From Lepidodermella squamata (Eukaryota > Animalia > Gastrotricha): a stretch of DNA of 64,000 nucleotides. Shown one piece after another: positions 39,209-51,078 of the stretch (the stretch's first letter is position 1; each line of letters starts with the position of its first letter). Below the pieces are notes generated by a model that was given only the letters and a program-made list of their open reading frames with translations, ran no database searches and was not told the origin of the DNA. The DNA lies in the NCBI GenBank assembly GCA_047495785.1, contig JBLDXI010000002.1:1178001-1242000 (forward strand), written 5' to 3'. The position numbers and the translations under genes were made by a program.

Positions 39209-42200
39209 TTACAGAATTGCACCGGCTACCAGTAGAATGTCTAAGGTTTTCTGTTTGTCTTCATCCGATACATCGTCATCGCAATTCTGGGCTACAAAAA
39301 GGGCTGTCCAGCCAGTTGACGGCACTCTGTAATTGACATCGACCCCGAGCTCGCGCGTGAGCAAGTCAACAACAGCTTGGCGACCTTTAAAGGATGCAAC
39401 CATAAGAACAGAGCACCATTTCTCAGATGGAGGATCAAACAACTTCCCCAGTTTGATAGCAATTTGAGATTCGAAGCACAAGGACTTGACGTCTGCTAGG
39501 AAAGAAATGAGAAGTCTCACAATATCGGCGTGGCCCATGTAAGCTGTGACGTGTAGAGGCGTAATACCATGTTCATCTTCAATATTAACGTCGCACTTAA
39601 ACTCCCCTGCAAGCAATTTAACGACGTCCGCGTGTCCATTCCGAGCAGCAAAGTGCAACGGTGTCAAGCCATTCTTCCCGGAGGCATTAACGTCGCAGTT
39701 GAACTCCCCTGCAAGCATTTTGACGACGTCCGCGTGTCCATTATCAGCAGCAATGTGCAACGGAGTCCAGCCATCCTCCGCGGAAGCATTAACGTCGCAG
39801 TTGAACTCCCCTGCAAGCAATTTAACGACGTCCGCGTGTCCATTATCAGCAGCAATGTGCAACGGAGTCCAGCCATTCTTCCCGGAGGCATTAACGTCGC
39901 AGTTGAACTCCCCTGCAAGCAATTTAACGACGCCCGCGTGTCCATTCTGAGCAGCAAAGTGCAACGGTGTCAAGCCATTCTTCCCGGAGGCATTAACGTC
40001 GCAGTTGAACTCCCCTGCAAGCATTTCGATGACGTCCGCGTGTCCATTCTCAGCAGCAATGTGCAACGGAGTCCAGCCATCCTCCGCGGAAGCATTAACG
40101 TCGCAGTTGAACTCCCCTGCAAGCAATTTAACGACGCCCGCGTGTCCATTCGGAGCAGCAAGGTGCAACGGTGTCAAGCCATTCTTCCCGGAGGCATTAA
40201 CGTCGCAGTTGAACTCCCCTGCAAGCAATTTAACGACGCCCGCGTGTCCATTCTGAGCAGCAAAGTGCAACGGTGTCAAGCCATTCTTCCCGGAGGCATT
40301 AACGTCGCAGTTGAACTCCCCTGCAAGCATTTCGATGACGTCCGCGTGTCCATTCTCAGCAGCAATGTGCAACGGAGTCCAGCCATCCTCCGCGGAAGCA
40401 TTAACGTCGCAGTTGAACTCCCCTGCAAGCAATTTAACGACGCCCGCGTGTCCATTCGGAGCAGCAAGGTGCAACGGTGTCAAGCCATTCTTCCCGGAGG
40501 CATTAACGTCGCAGTTGAACTCCCCTGCAAGCAATTTAACGACGCCCGCGTGTCCATTCTGAGCAGCAAAGTGCAACGGTGTCAAGCCATTCTTCCCGGA
40601 GGCATTAACGTCGCAGTTGAACTCCCCTGCAAGCATTTCGATGACGTCCGCGTGTCCATTCTCAGCAGCAATGTTCAACGCTGTCCAGCCATCCTCGTCG
40701 CAGGCATTAACGTCGCAGTTGAACTCCCCTGCAAGCAATTTAACAACGTCCGCGTGTCCATTCTGAGCAGCAAAGTGCAACGGTGTCAAGCCATTCTTCC
40801 CGGAGGCATTAACGTCGCAGTTGAACCCCCCTGCAAGCAATTTAACGACGTCCGCGTGTCCATTTTGAGCAGCAATGTGCAACGCTGTCCAGCCATCCTC
40901 GTCGCAGGCATTAACGTCGCAGTTGAACTTCCCTGCAAGCATTTTGATGACGTACGCGTTTCCATTCTGAGCAGCCTTGTGCAACGCTGTCCAGCCATCC
41001 TCGTCGCAGGCATTAACGTCGCAGTTGAACTCCCCTGCAAGCATTTTGACGACGTCCGCCTGTCCATTCTGAGCAGCAAAGTGCAACGGTGTCAAGCCAT
41101 TCTTCCCGGAGGCATTAACGTCGCAGTTGAACTCCCCTGCAAGCATTTCGATGACGTCCGCGTGTCCATTCTCAGCAGCAATGTGCAACGCTGTCCAGCC
41201 ATCCTCGTCGCAGGCATTAACGTCGCAGTTGAACTCCCCTGCGAGCAATTTAACAACGCCCGCGTGTCCATTTTGAGCAGCAATGTGCAATGGTGTCCAG
41301 CCTTTCTTCCCGGAGGCATTAACGTCGCAGTTGAACTCCCCTGCAAGCATGATGACGACACCTTTGTGTCCATTAAAGGCAGCCAGGTGCAACGCTGTCC
41401 AGCCATCCTCGTCGCAGGCTTTAACGTCGCAGTTGAACTTCCCTGCAAGCATTTTGATGACGTCCGCGTGTCCATTATCAGCAGCAATGTGCAACGGAGT
41501 CCAGCCATCCTCCGCGGAGGCATTAACGTCGCAGTTGAACTCCCCTGCCAGCAATCTAACGACGTTCGCGTGTCCTTTCAGGGCAGCAAAGTGCAACGGT
41601 GTCCAGCCATTCTTCCCGGAGGCATTAACATCGCAGTTGAACTCCCCTGCAAGCAATTTAACGACGTCCGTGTGTCCATTTTCAGCAGCCTTGTGCAACG
41701 CTGTCCAGGAATTCTTGTTGCAGGCATTAACATCGCAGTTGAACTCCCCTGCAAGCATTTTGACGACGTCCGCGTGTCCATTTTGTGCAGCAATGTGCAA
41801 CGCTGTCCAGCCATCCTCGTCGCCGCCATTATCTTCGCAGTTGAATCCCACCATAAGCATTTTAACAACGTCCGCGTGTCTATCCCGAGCAGCAAAGAGC
41901 AACGGAGTCCTACCTCCCTTTCCGGAGGCATTAACGCTGCAGCTGAACTCCCCTGCTAGCAATCTAACGACGTCCGCGTGTCCATTCTGTGAAGCAATGT
42001 GCAACGGAGTCCAGCCTTCCTTCCCGGAGGCATTAACGTCGCAGTTGAACTCCCCTGCAAGCATTTTGACGACGTCCGCCTGTCCATTCTGAGCAGCAAG
42101 GTGCAACGGTGTCCCGCCATCCTCTTCGGATGCATTAACGTTGCAGTTGAACTCCCCTGCAAGCATTTTGACGACGTCCGCGTGTCCATTCTGAGCAGCC

Positions 42201-45200
42201 TTGTGCAACGCTGTCCAGCCATCCTCGTCGCTGGCATTAACGTCGCAGTTGAACTCCCCTGCAAGCAATTTAACAACGCCCGCGTGTCCATTTTGAGCAG
42301 CAATGTGCAATGGTGTCCAGCCTTTCTTCCCGGAGGCATTAACGTCGCAGTTGAACTCCCCTGCAAGCATGTTGACGACACCTTTGTGTCCATTAAAGGC
42401 AGCCAGGTGCAATGGTGTCCAGCCATTCTTCCCGGAGGCATTAACGTCGCAGTTGAACTTCCCTGCAAGCATGATGACGACGTCCGCGTGTCCATTTTGA
42501 GCAGCAATGTGCAACGGTGTCCTGCCATCCTCTTCGAATGCATTAACGTTGCAGTTGAACTCCCCTGCAAGCATTTTGACGACGTCCGCGTTTCCATTCT
42601 GAGCAGCCTTGTGCAACGCTGTCCAGCCATCCTCGTCGCAGGCATTAACGTCGCAGTTGAACTCCCCTGCAAGCAATTTAACGACGTCCGCGTATCCATT
42701 TTGAGCAGCAATGTGCAATGGTGTCCAGCCTTTCTTCCCGGAGGCATTAACGTCGCAGTTGAACTCCCCTGCAAGCATTTTGATAACGTCCGCGTGTCCA
42801 TTCAGGGCAGCGTTATGCAAGGCGGTTAGTCCCAGCACCATTGTAGTATCCACATTTATGTATTTGTTTGCGAGAAGTTTAACCATTTCGGTCTGTCCCT
42901 CCCCAGCCGCAACATGCAACAGCGTCATCTTGCTTTCATTCTGCTTTTGAACGTCTGCCTTCATTGCACCAGCTAATATTTTAAAAACCTTAGTGTGGCC
43001 GTTCTTAACTGCCGCCCATATAGGGGTCTCATCATTGTTTGTCGCAGTATCTATGCTTTCTTGCGAAACACTTCCGAGGATTTCAACCGTACGCAGATTG
43101 CCGCTATTCGCGGCTATGTAAATGGGTGTTCTCCCCAATAGATCCATTAACAGCGGATTAGCATTGAACCTTGTTACCAATAGTTTTGCAATCTCATCAT
43201 TTCCTTCCTGCGCAGCTAGAAACAATGGTGTCACGCCTTCGCTGTTCTCGCAGTTAACGTTTATTTTCAAAGCAGTGGTCGATAACAGCGATTCGATTTG
43301 CTCGATTTTGTTTAGCCTGATAAGGCGAAAAAGCAACTAGGCAGATAAAATGATAGCAAGCTCATTAATGATCAAGGAAAAATGCGGATTACTTTTTCTC
43401 CTGCACTTAGGTCTGGAATAGCAAGATTTCCAGCGGAAGCTGTTTCCATTAGCTGATGGGCGATTTGATCTTCTGTCAGCGAATTATCCGTTGCGTTAAG
43501 CAAAGCTTGCGGCGGAACGCGCCTCGAGCTGTTTTTTTCACGAATCATAGCCATGATCGCGTTCCGGAAATGAAATGAATAACCGCGCGAATCATCAAAG
43601 TCTCTCGGATGATTGCTGTATATGCATATGTATTTGGGTGAATCAAAGGATGGCTTATTGTTTGAAACTTACAAAAGGATTGCCAAAGTAGAGTCAAACT
43701 TGAAATTATTTCGTATAAAAAACTTTATTTCCATCCAGAGGAATAGCTTACAGGCATGCAGAAATTTGCCAGCTCGAACAAAGTGACACCCAAAGACCAC
43801 CAGTCGCTCGCTTGTGAGTGATCTTTCTTCGCAAAGAGTTCAGGCGCTTTGTAAAGCTGATTGCCACCGTGTCTCAAGTTTTCAACTGGTTGCTTCTTGC
43901 TCCTTTGTGAGCATTGTGACATGGAATATTACATCAAATCCTTGTTCAAAACATCGATCCTACCTTTCGTAAACTTTCGCCAGCCCGAACCCTCCAAGTT
44001 TGACAGTGGTTCTGTTATGGAGAAAAATATTCTTAGGTTCTATTGCGCGATGGAGAATTCCGCTTTCGTGCAGCTTTTCCAGCGCAGAAGCAAGCTGCCG
44101 TGACCATTCCATCAACAGACTTTCGGGAATAGGTCCAGCCGATTTTTTCTTGTAATCATTCAAATTTCCATCCGAACAGTATTCCATTACCAAATGATAA
44201 ATTGCCGCACCTGCAGAGCCATGCTCTTCAAACAATGAAAACAAGAATTATAAAATATAAAGACAAACATGGCTTTTGAGCAATTTTTAGTTGTCTTGAC
44301 TAAGGGGGCAGAAAATGATTTGCAGTGGGATTTCACGCGGAACGGAAAATAGTGACATACTTCACGCACTCAAAGCACAGTAGTACGATAAACAAAAGGT
44401 GCATGCGACTCACCCTCGAATGATCCAAAAACCGAAAGGATGTTAGGGTGCCGCAAATCGGTGAGTTTAAGATTCTATTATGTTAAACATCTTTTTACAT
44501 GCATTTTTGATAATAAAAACGGGGCTTTACCTCGTCTCGGCTTAGTTTGATTATTCTTTCTGCAAAATTAGGATCGCTGTCATAACTACGAGGAATTAGG
44601 CTTAGGTTGAATGCCTTGACAACATAACGGGCCACGTCTTTGTATCCCCTGCATAGCATTGCCGAGCTGAAGGTACCTCTTCCGAGCTCCCTTTCACGCT
44701 TGAACTCGTGGATTGAGGAAAAACTCAATTTCTTTGCTTCCGCTACGGGCGCTTTGGTGTTCACTTGTCTAATGAAATGACTGATGAGTAGAGCACCAGC
44801 ATCAGCTCGCTTTGAAGGGTCTTTAACGAGCATCGACAGAACAAAGCAATGGTACTCATTTGAATAAGGCCGGTCTTTGGCAAATGATTTCGGTTCTTCC
44901 CTGGAAATATAAAGATCAACATATAGTTAGCGACGCCCCAAAACAACCACTTTGATGACTCATTCGATCGCACTTTAGGAGCCTAACGTTATGATGAAAT
45001 ACGTTCTGCTTATAGAGCTTGAGACTAACAGTAGACGTTCCCGACTTTCCTATGCATAATATAACAGCATAATAATAAAGTATGAGCGATACACTTTTCC
45101 TGTGTTCACATAGCCACATCCTTAAAAAATGAACTACATTCTTCGCCCGAATTTTCTGTTATTTTCACCATTACGCGAACTTTCTGACGTCGATATTACG

Positions 45201-47336
45201 GGGCGTATGTTTCCTACAATACAACAGACCTTATTCTTAATTTAATTGAACCATATCGCGGGGTCACATTTTATTCAACATCAAATTTACTTCTTACTTT
45301 ATGTTTACTTTTTCTCAGATTACTTTTTCTATCATCAAACTCTTTTTTCAACAGTAAATTTCGATATGTTAATATTTGCGATACACACTCATTAAAGCCC
45401 TTGATGATGGCCGGGAAAATAACAGAAAATTCGGGCGAAGAATGTAGTTCATTTTTTAAGGATGTGGCTATGTGAACACAGGAAAAGTGTATCGCTCAAT
45501 GGCTAAGCGTACACAATGTGCGTGACACACAGCCAAATTTAACCCTTTCACGGCGGGAAGGACGATTTCGTAATTTCGACTTTGCTAATTCACAGTTCCA
45601 TCAATTTAACGAATTTTCCCATAATAATTGGCAAAATACTACTTTCGGATGTTGCCTACAAGAATCCATCAGTAAAATTTAGTTATCTCTTCCGCTCTTG
45701 GAATACGATCAATTTTAAAATTTCAAACCGATGCACGTTTTCCTTATTTTTTTCAATCGAACTTACTTGATGATATCAGTTAGATTATCGAACTGAAAAA
45801 TAATTTCATTTATATTTATTGAACATGCGGAAATTATTTGCTTACCGGCAAGTAGAAATTAGCCAGTTCGAATAAAGTCACGCCAAGCGACCAGCAGTCG
45901 CTCTCCTTTGAATTCTTGCTACTGAACGTTTCTGGCGCCATGTACAATTTCGTGCCAAAAGCAACTGGCATGCTCGTCGAACTTGGCCGAATTCAAATAA
46001 TTTCTTTTCTCATATGCTTCATGCAATCTAATATGACTCACCCGCCATCAATGTCTGGGGATTTAGCTAAGCCGAAATCGCCAAGTTTCACGATCCTATC
46101 GTCCGAGCACAAAAATATGTTAGCAGGCTTGATGTCCCTATGCATCGCGCCAAGACTGTGAATCTTATTGACAGCGGACACCAACTGGCAAGACCATTCG
46201 TGCAAGAGGCCTTCTGGTATTACCGATTGGGATTCTTTTTTCCGTTTGATGTACTTTTCCAAATCGCCATTTGAACAATGCTCCATCACCAAGTAGTAAA
46301 TTTCATCCTGCAGTGGTAACCAGTGTTCTAGCCCTTCAACCGTTTGCTGCCAATATTCTAGGAAAAATGTATTTAGCACATTGCAAGAGCTTGGGTGTCT
46401 CGCGGATGATACCTCTGAAAGCACCACGGATAGCGACGATGTTATCATGCTTCAAGCTCTCAATTAATTTGTGCTGATGAAACAATAATAGGTAGATGAC
46501 CGAAAATAAGTGAAAAGTGGGGTTTGGCGAAAATTTTGACATTGTGAGATTTTGATGCCGCCTTCAAGATCTCATAACGAGGAGTCGATCGGTATAAAAA
46601 ATAGGTTGATATTCATCAGGGTTGCAGAGAAAATGGGCTTCAAAGTATAGGAATGACAATTTATAATTTCGAAAAATGCGCGTTTTCAAAACCAATATTA
46701 AAAATCCCTCGCACAATAAATTCTGATGTTTTATTTTTTATGCGCTGTCGACATTTCTATGGGTAATCTAAGGTGAGGAATCTCGCTATATGTTCAAAAG
46801 TTTTGTTGGGATCAAGCTAGTGTCTCTAGGACAACTTCAATCAATGACACTTTCCAGTGCATCTCTGGGGTTTCCCGTGTTTTAAGGCGGATGGGAGCAT
46901 GTTAGAGGTCTGACATTTGAATATTCAAAATCCTCAAGAAAAACTGAGTAGAGACATCTAGGAATCCAAGAATCGTCCCTCTTCAAGCCAACACGCGTTT
47001 TGCGATTTGCTGAAAAATACAGAAAATACGCCAAACCCCACTTTTCACTTATTTTCGGTCAGATATAACTATGCAATTAGAAATAATGTGACTTACCTCT
47101 TCGCAGCTCAATTTTATGAGTTTCACTGCGACCCTCGAAACATCGCCATCTTTATTTTGGTAATTCCTCAGAATCGCGTTCAGATTAACAGCCTTGACCA
47201 CGTAGTTGGCTAAATCACCATCATTCCGTCGACATAGCCATGCGCTACCAAAGCTACCTTTCCCTAACATTTCGATCATTTTGAATTCGCACATTGAGTT
47301 GAACGCTGGCGCCATTTCGGGTAAATTCATGTTCAT
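39209..47336 (-). CDS. Tandem kinase-pseudokinase-ankyrin repeat protein (~1994 aa), 12 exons: 47336-47097, 46473-46413, 46357-46042, 45981-45846, 45792-45767, 44900-44531, 44474-44414, 44210-43964, 43902-43752, 43698-43673, 43615-43393, 43336-39209
   Basis: All 11 introns are GT-AG with matching phases; total 5985 nt. Kinase 1 (NEK-like): [32 protein letters not shown]. Kinase 2: [21 protein letters not shown], lacking both the catalytic Asp and the DFG Asp. The last exon encodes ~37-39 ankyrin repeats. Confidence 0.8.
39566..42830 (-). repeat. Coding tandem array of 32 near-identical 102-bp (34-aa) ankyrin units
   Basis: The framework gcattaacgtcgcagttgaactcccctgcaagca recurs every 102 bp. 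Protein unit: G[WL]T[PA][30 protein letters not shown]. Confidence 0.97.
45083..45498. mobile_element. Foldback/MITE with 84-bp perfect inverted repeats in kinase gene intron 5
   Basis: 45083-45166 is the reverse complement of 45415-45498; no clear TSD. Confidence 0.85.
46497..47061. mobile_element. MITE with 33-bp perfect inverted repeats in kinase gene intron 1
   Basis: tgaccgaaaataagtgaaaagtggggtttggcg (46497-46529) is inverted at 47029-47061. The equivalent intron in the pseudogene paralog is ~60 bp. Confidence 0.82.
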
Positions 47337-47538
47337 ATAAATAGTTGTAGCCTGTAGCCTCTAAAAGCAAAAAATGCTATTCAGTCTCAATGTTAAAAGA
47401 TGAAGTGCTCAGGTAGCAATTCTAAGTGGAGAAGTTGCAACCAAATGTGCTGCGCAGTGATTGAATATATTTGATTACCAAATTTGTTATCAACGAAAGA
47501 ATCGGACATATCGTTGGCAGCGCGGCAGAAGGAACCTT

Positions 47539-49746
47539 CCATTCCATCAACAGACTTTCGGGAATAGGTCCAGCAGATTTTTTCTTGTATTTATTCAAAT
47601 TTCAAATTTATTCAAATTTCCAATGTGACGTAGATTATCTACGTCACATGGATTAAGGTGGCAGATAATGGTTTACAGTGTGATTTCACGAGGAACAGAG
47701 TGTATATTAGACATAACTTACGCACTCAAAACACGGTAGTACGATAAACGAAAAGTGCATCCTACTCACCCTCGAATGATCCGAAAACCGAAAGGATGTT
47801 AGGGTGCAATTGGTTCACGAGTTTACGATTCTATATGTTAACATATTTTTTTACATGCATTTCTGATTAAAAAACGGGGCTAACCTCGTCTCGGCTTAGA
47901 TTGATTAATCGTTCTGCAAAATTAGGATCGCTGTCATAACTACGAGGAATTAGGCTTAGGTTGAATGCCTTGACAACATAACGGGCCACGTCTTTGTATC
48001 CCCTGCATAGCATTGTCGAGCTGAAGGTACCTCTTCCGAGCTCCCTTTCACGCTTAAACTCTTGGATTGAGGAAAAAATAAGCTTCTTTGCTTCTGCTAC
48101 GGGCACTTCGGTCATCTTCTCTTGTCTAATGAAATAACTGCCCAGCAGATCAGCAGCAGTAGCTCGTTTAGAAGGGTCTTTAACGAGCATCGAGAGAACA
48201 AAGCAATGGTATTCTTCCGAATAGGATGGCTCTTTTTCGAAGGGTCTTGGTTCACTCCTAAAAAATGATAACGATTGAGCGGTAATCTTTTTATGATATA
48301 AGGGAACCGAAATTTCCGATGCCACACTCCAAACTTACCCTGCGATTTCACCTGCACTATTAAACTGAAACAAGTAAAATTTCTTACGAGAGCGCAATCG
48401 CAGTAGCGCTGACTTACTGGCAAGTAGAAATTCGCTAGTTCGAAGAAAGTAACCCCGAGTGACCACCAGTCGCTAGCCTCTGAATTTGGCTTTTCATGAA
48501 ACGTTTCAGGTGCCCTGTACAAGTTCAAGTGCCAAGTCCAATCATCGAGATACTACTACCTGAACTGCGATATAGAGGTCAAGCTCCTCAGACTCAGATA
48601 TTATTATTGCATGAAAGCTTACTCGCTTGTAGGGGGTCTAGCCAAACCAAAGTCGCCATGTTTGACGGTTCTCTCGTAGTCGCACAAAAATATGTTCTTC
48701 GGCTTCGCTTTCGATATCGCGATGCAGTACGCCGAGGCTGTGAGCCTTTTTGACAGCCGACACCAACTGACAAGCCCAGTTGTGCAAGACACACTCAGGT
48801 ATTATGGCTTGGGCATCTTTTTTCGCTTGATGTAGCCTGACAAATCGCCGTGCGAACAATGCTCCGTAACCATATAATATATTTCATTTCCTTTCTGCCA
48901 ATGGTCGGGCGTTTTAATCGGCTCCTTCAGCAGTTCTGTAATAACAAATTTACTGTAATTTTTCGCAAAAAGAAAGAATACCCTCTACACAGGTTTTGCG
49001 CTTTACGCTATAAGAGAATTTCAGCCAATGACAGAAATGTTTTAAATGGAATTCCGCCATGAACAGCCACCATCGTGGCACCTCGAAACGATTCTGGTCA
49101 CAGATAAGAGACTATCTCATGTCTTAAATCATGACACAGATATAAATCTGTGAAATAGTCTGTGAAGAACTATGATTAGACCCATCCATAGTTGAATTAT
49201 ACCACCATGCCCACTCGTGTATGACATTCACGGCATGGATTGGTAAGCCATGGCGGAATTGACACCAATTAGTCCTTGGAGCATATACCCATGTCCCATG
49301 GGGAAATTCCATTCTAACCTTGCTAAATATGTCATTGGCTGAAATCCCTTTAGGGACTACGAAATATATGGCAAGCTTTTTTAATTGCTGCCATCATTTA
49401 CCTACCTGTAAATGCGCCACGGACAGCGACAATGTTGTCATGCTTCAAGCTCTCAAGTAGTTTGTGCTGATGAAAAATATCAAAATAAGCAAATGCCATC
49501 GAAAAAGCCCAAACTGTTATAAAGCCGTACCTCGTCGCAGTTCAATTTTATGAGTTACATTGCGACAGTCGCATCGCCACTTTCTTGTCCGTAAGTCATC
49601 AGAATCACGTTCAGGTTGACAGCCTTAACCACGTAGTCAGCTAAATCCCCATCTTTCCGCCGACATAGCCATACAAGACCAAAACCTCCTTTTCCCAGTT
49701 GTTGAATTCTTTCAAATTCAGATATAGAGGTAAATTCAGCCGCCAT
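47539..49746 (-). pseudogene. Decayed paralog of the tandem kinase gene (kinase 1 plus truncated kinase 2, no ankyrin exon)
   Basis: Same exon layout and high similarity to the intact copy (e.g. [35 protein letters not shown]). It has an in-frame TAA at 49555-49557, frameshifts around the HRD/DFG exon (48620-48900), and breaks off mid-exon near 47539. Confidence 0.82.
49011..49352. mobile_element. MITE with imperfect ~50-bp TIRs in a pseudogene intron
   Basis: atttcagccaatgaca (49018-49033) is inverted at 49330-49345, with further partial match inward and TA at both ends. Confidence 0.7.
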
Positions 49747-50240
49747 GTTGTGTGTGAATGACGTATAGCTTTCTGAATATAAAAACCTGCAACTAAAAAA
49801 CTGCGCTATTAAAGGATTATTCTATAGCTAGCCATTGAGAAATAAAATTTCCCCCCGATCTGGAACCCTGAGTGAGTTTGCCGCAGCCTTACGAGTCGAG
49901 TCTTCTAACCATAAAGTATTCCCTTAATCTTGGATGGCACGGAATACAGAAACACTTTTACTGTACGAATGACCGTAAGAATCGAGATTGATGGTGAATG
50001 GTGACAATTTAATTTCCGGTTTGTTGGTAAAAGTGCCTAATGCATGCTTAAGGAGCACTGTTCGCATGCTTGGGCATACGGCATACGGAGCTCAATATGC
50101 ATCGTTAGCATGGATTAAGCATTCTATGTTGTTTTATTCACAATTCAATATAACTATTGTATAAGTGAAGAATTTATATTATGACTATTCACAGTGTTTA
50201 GCGCAACCCATTACATCAACAAGACGCATTCGTCACAAAC

Positions 50241-51078
50241 CTTGGGACTAATAGCAGTATGGACTCGACACTTCTTAACAAACACATACAAAATTCATCT
50301 GATCTAGGCAAAAAATACGATTTTTGTGGACGAGGCAAAAAATGTGGTTTTAGCAATAATAACACGGCCTTTTGCTGCATTCTCCCATTACATTCATTTT
50401 TTCAGGTGGGCTCGGCAATTAGCGGCTTAACTGATTCGCAGGGGTGAGTCCTATGACCATGGGACTTGGATTTTTAGATTCCTCAACTAACGACGAATCG
50501 TCTTATATAAAAATTAACTGCTTAACCCCAAGATCTGAGTCGCATAAATTCATGAGCGAAAAATGCCTCATGAGGCTCCAGAGTTTGCCTTTGATATGTA
50601 CGAAAACTAGGATTTAAATTTTCGAAAGATGTTGATTTTTGTGCGATCAGCTTGACTTCTTAAACTTGCTATAACTTTGATTCGGACTGGATCCCTTGAG
50701 CGAAACTTTAGGGGAATAAACTATTTTTCATGGTATCCAACGGTATAAGGTATTTGAGAATCGGAGCCGAAATGACTGCGCTGTAAATAGATAAAGTCGG
50801 CTCAATATTTATGCCCCATACTGTATAAGACAATTCGTCGTTAGTTGAGGAATCTAAAAATCCAAGTCCCATGGTCATAGGACTCACCCCTGCGAATCAG
50901 TTAAGCCGCTAATTGCCGAGCCCACCTGAAAAAATGAATGTAATGGGAGAATGCAGCAAAAGGCCGTGTTATTATTGCTAAAACCACATTTTTTGCCTCG
51001 TCCACAAAAATCGTATTTTTTGCCTCGATCAGATGAATTTTCCGCTAGTTTCGAGTCCATACTGCTATTAGTCCCAAG
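50241..51078. mobile_element. 838-bp non-autonomous DNA transposon with ~260-bp TIRs and 8-bp TSD TCACAAAC
   Basis: 50241-50268 is inverted at 51051-51078, and ~50291-50498 is inverted at ~50832-51040. TCACAAAC flanks both ends (50233-50240, 51079-51086). Confidence 0.92.

Noticed and set aside
39546-42829. Long plus-strand ORFs (796 aa, 276 aa, 269 aa) and alternate minus-frame ORFs over the ankyrin array
   Set aside because: Shadows of a stop-free 102-bp repeat unit; they begin and end with the array.
39566-42830. CRISPR-like or satellite interpretation of the regular repeat
   Set aside because: Units are contiguous, in-frame ankyrin coding repeats without unique spacers, in a spliced eukaryotic gene.
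49555-49557. Stop-codon readthrough or recoding of the TAA in the upstream kinase copy
   Set aside because: Additional frameshifts and truncation downstream indicate simple pseudogenisation; other genes use TAA as a normal stop.
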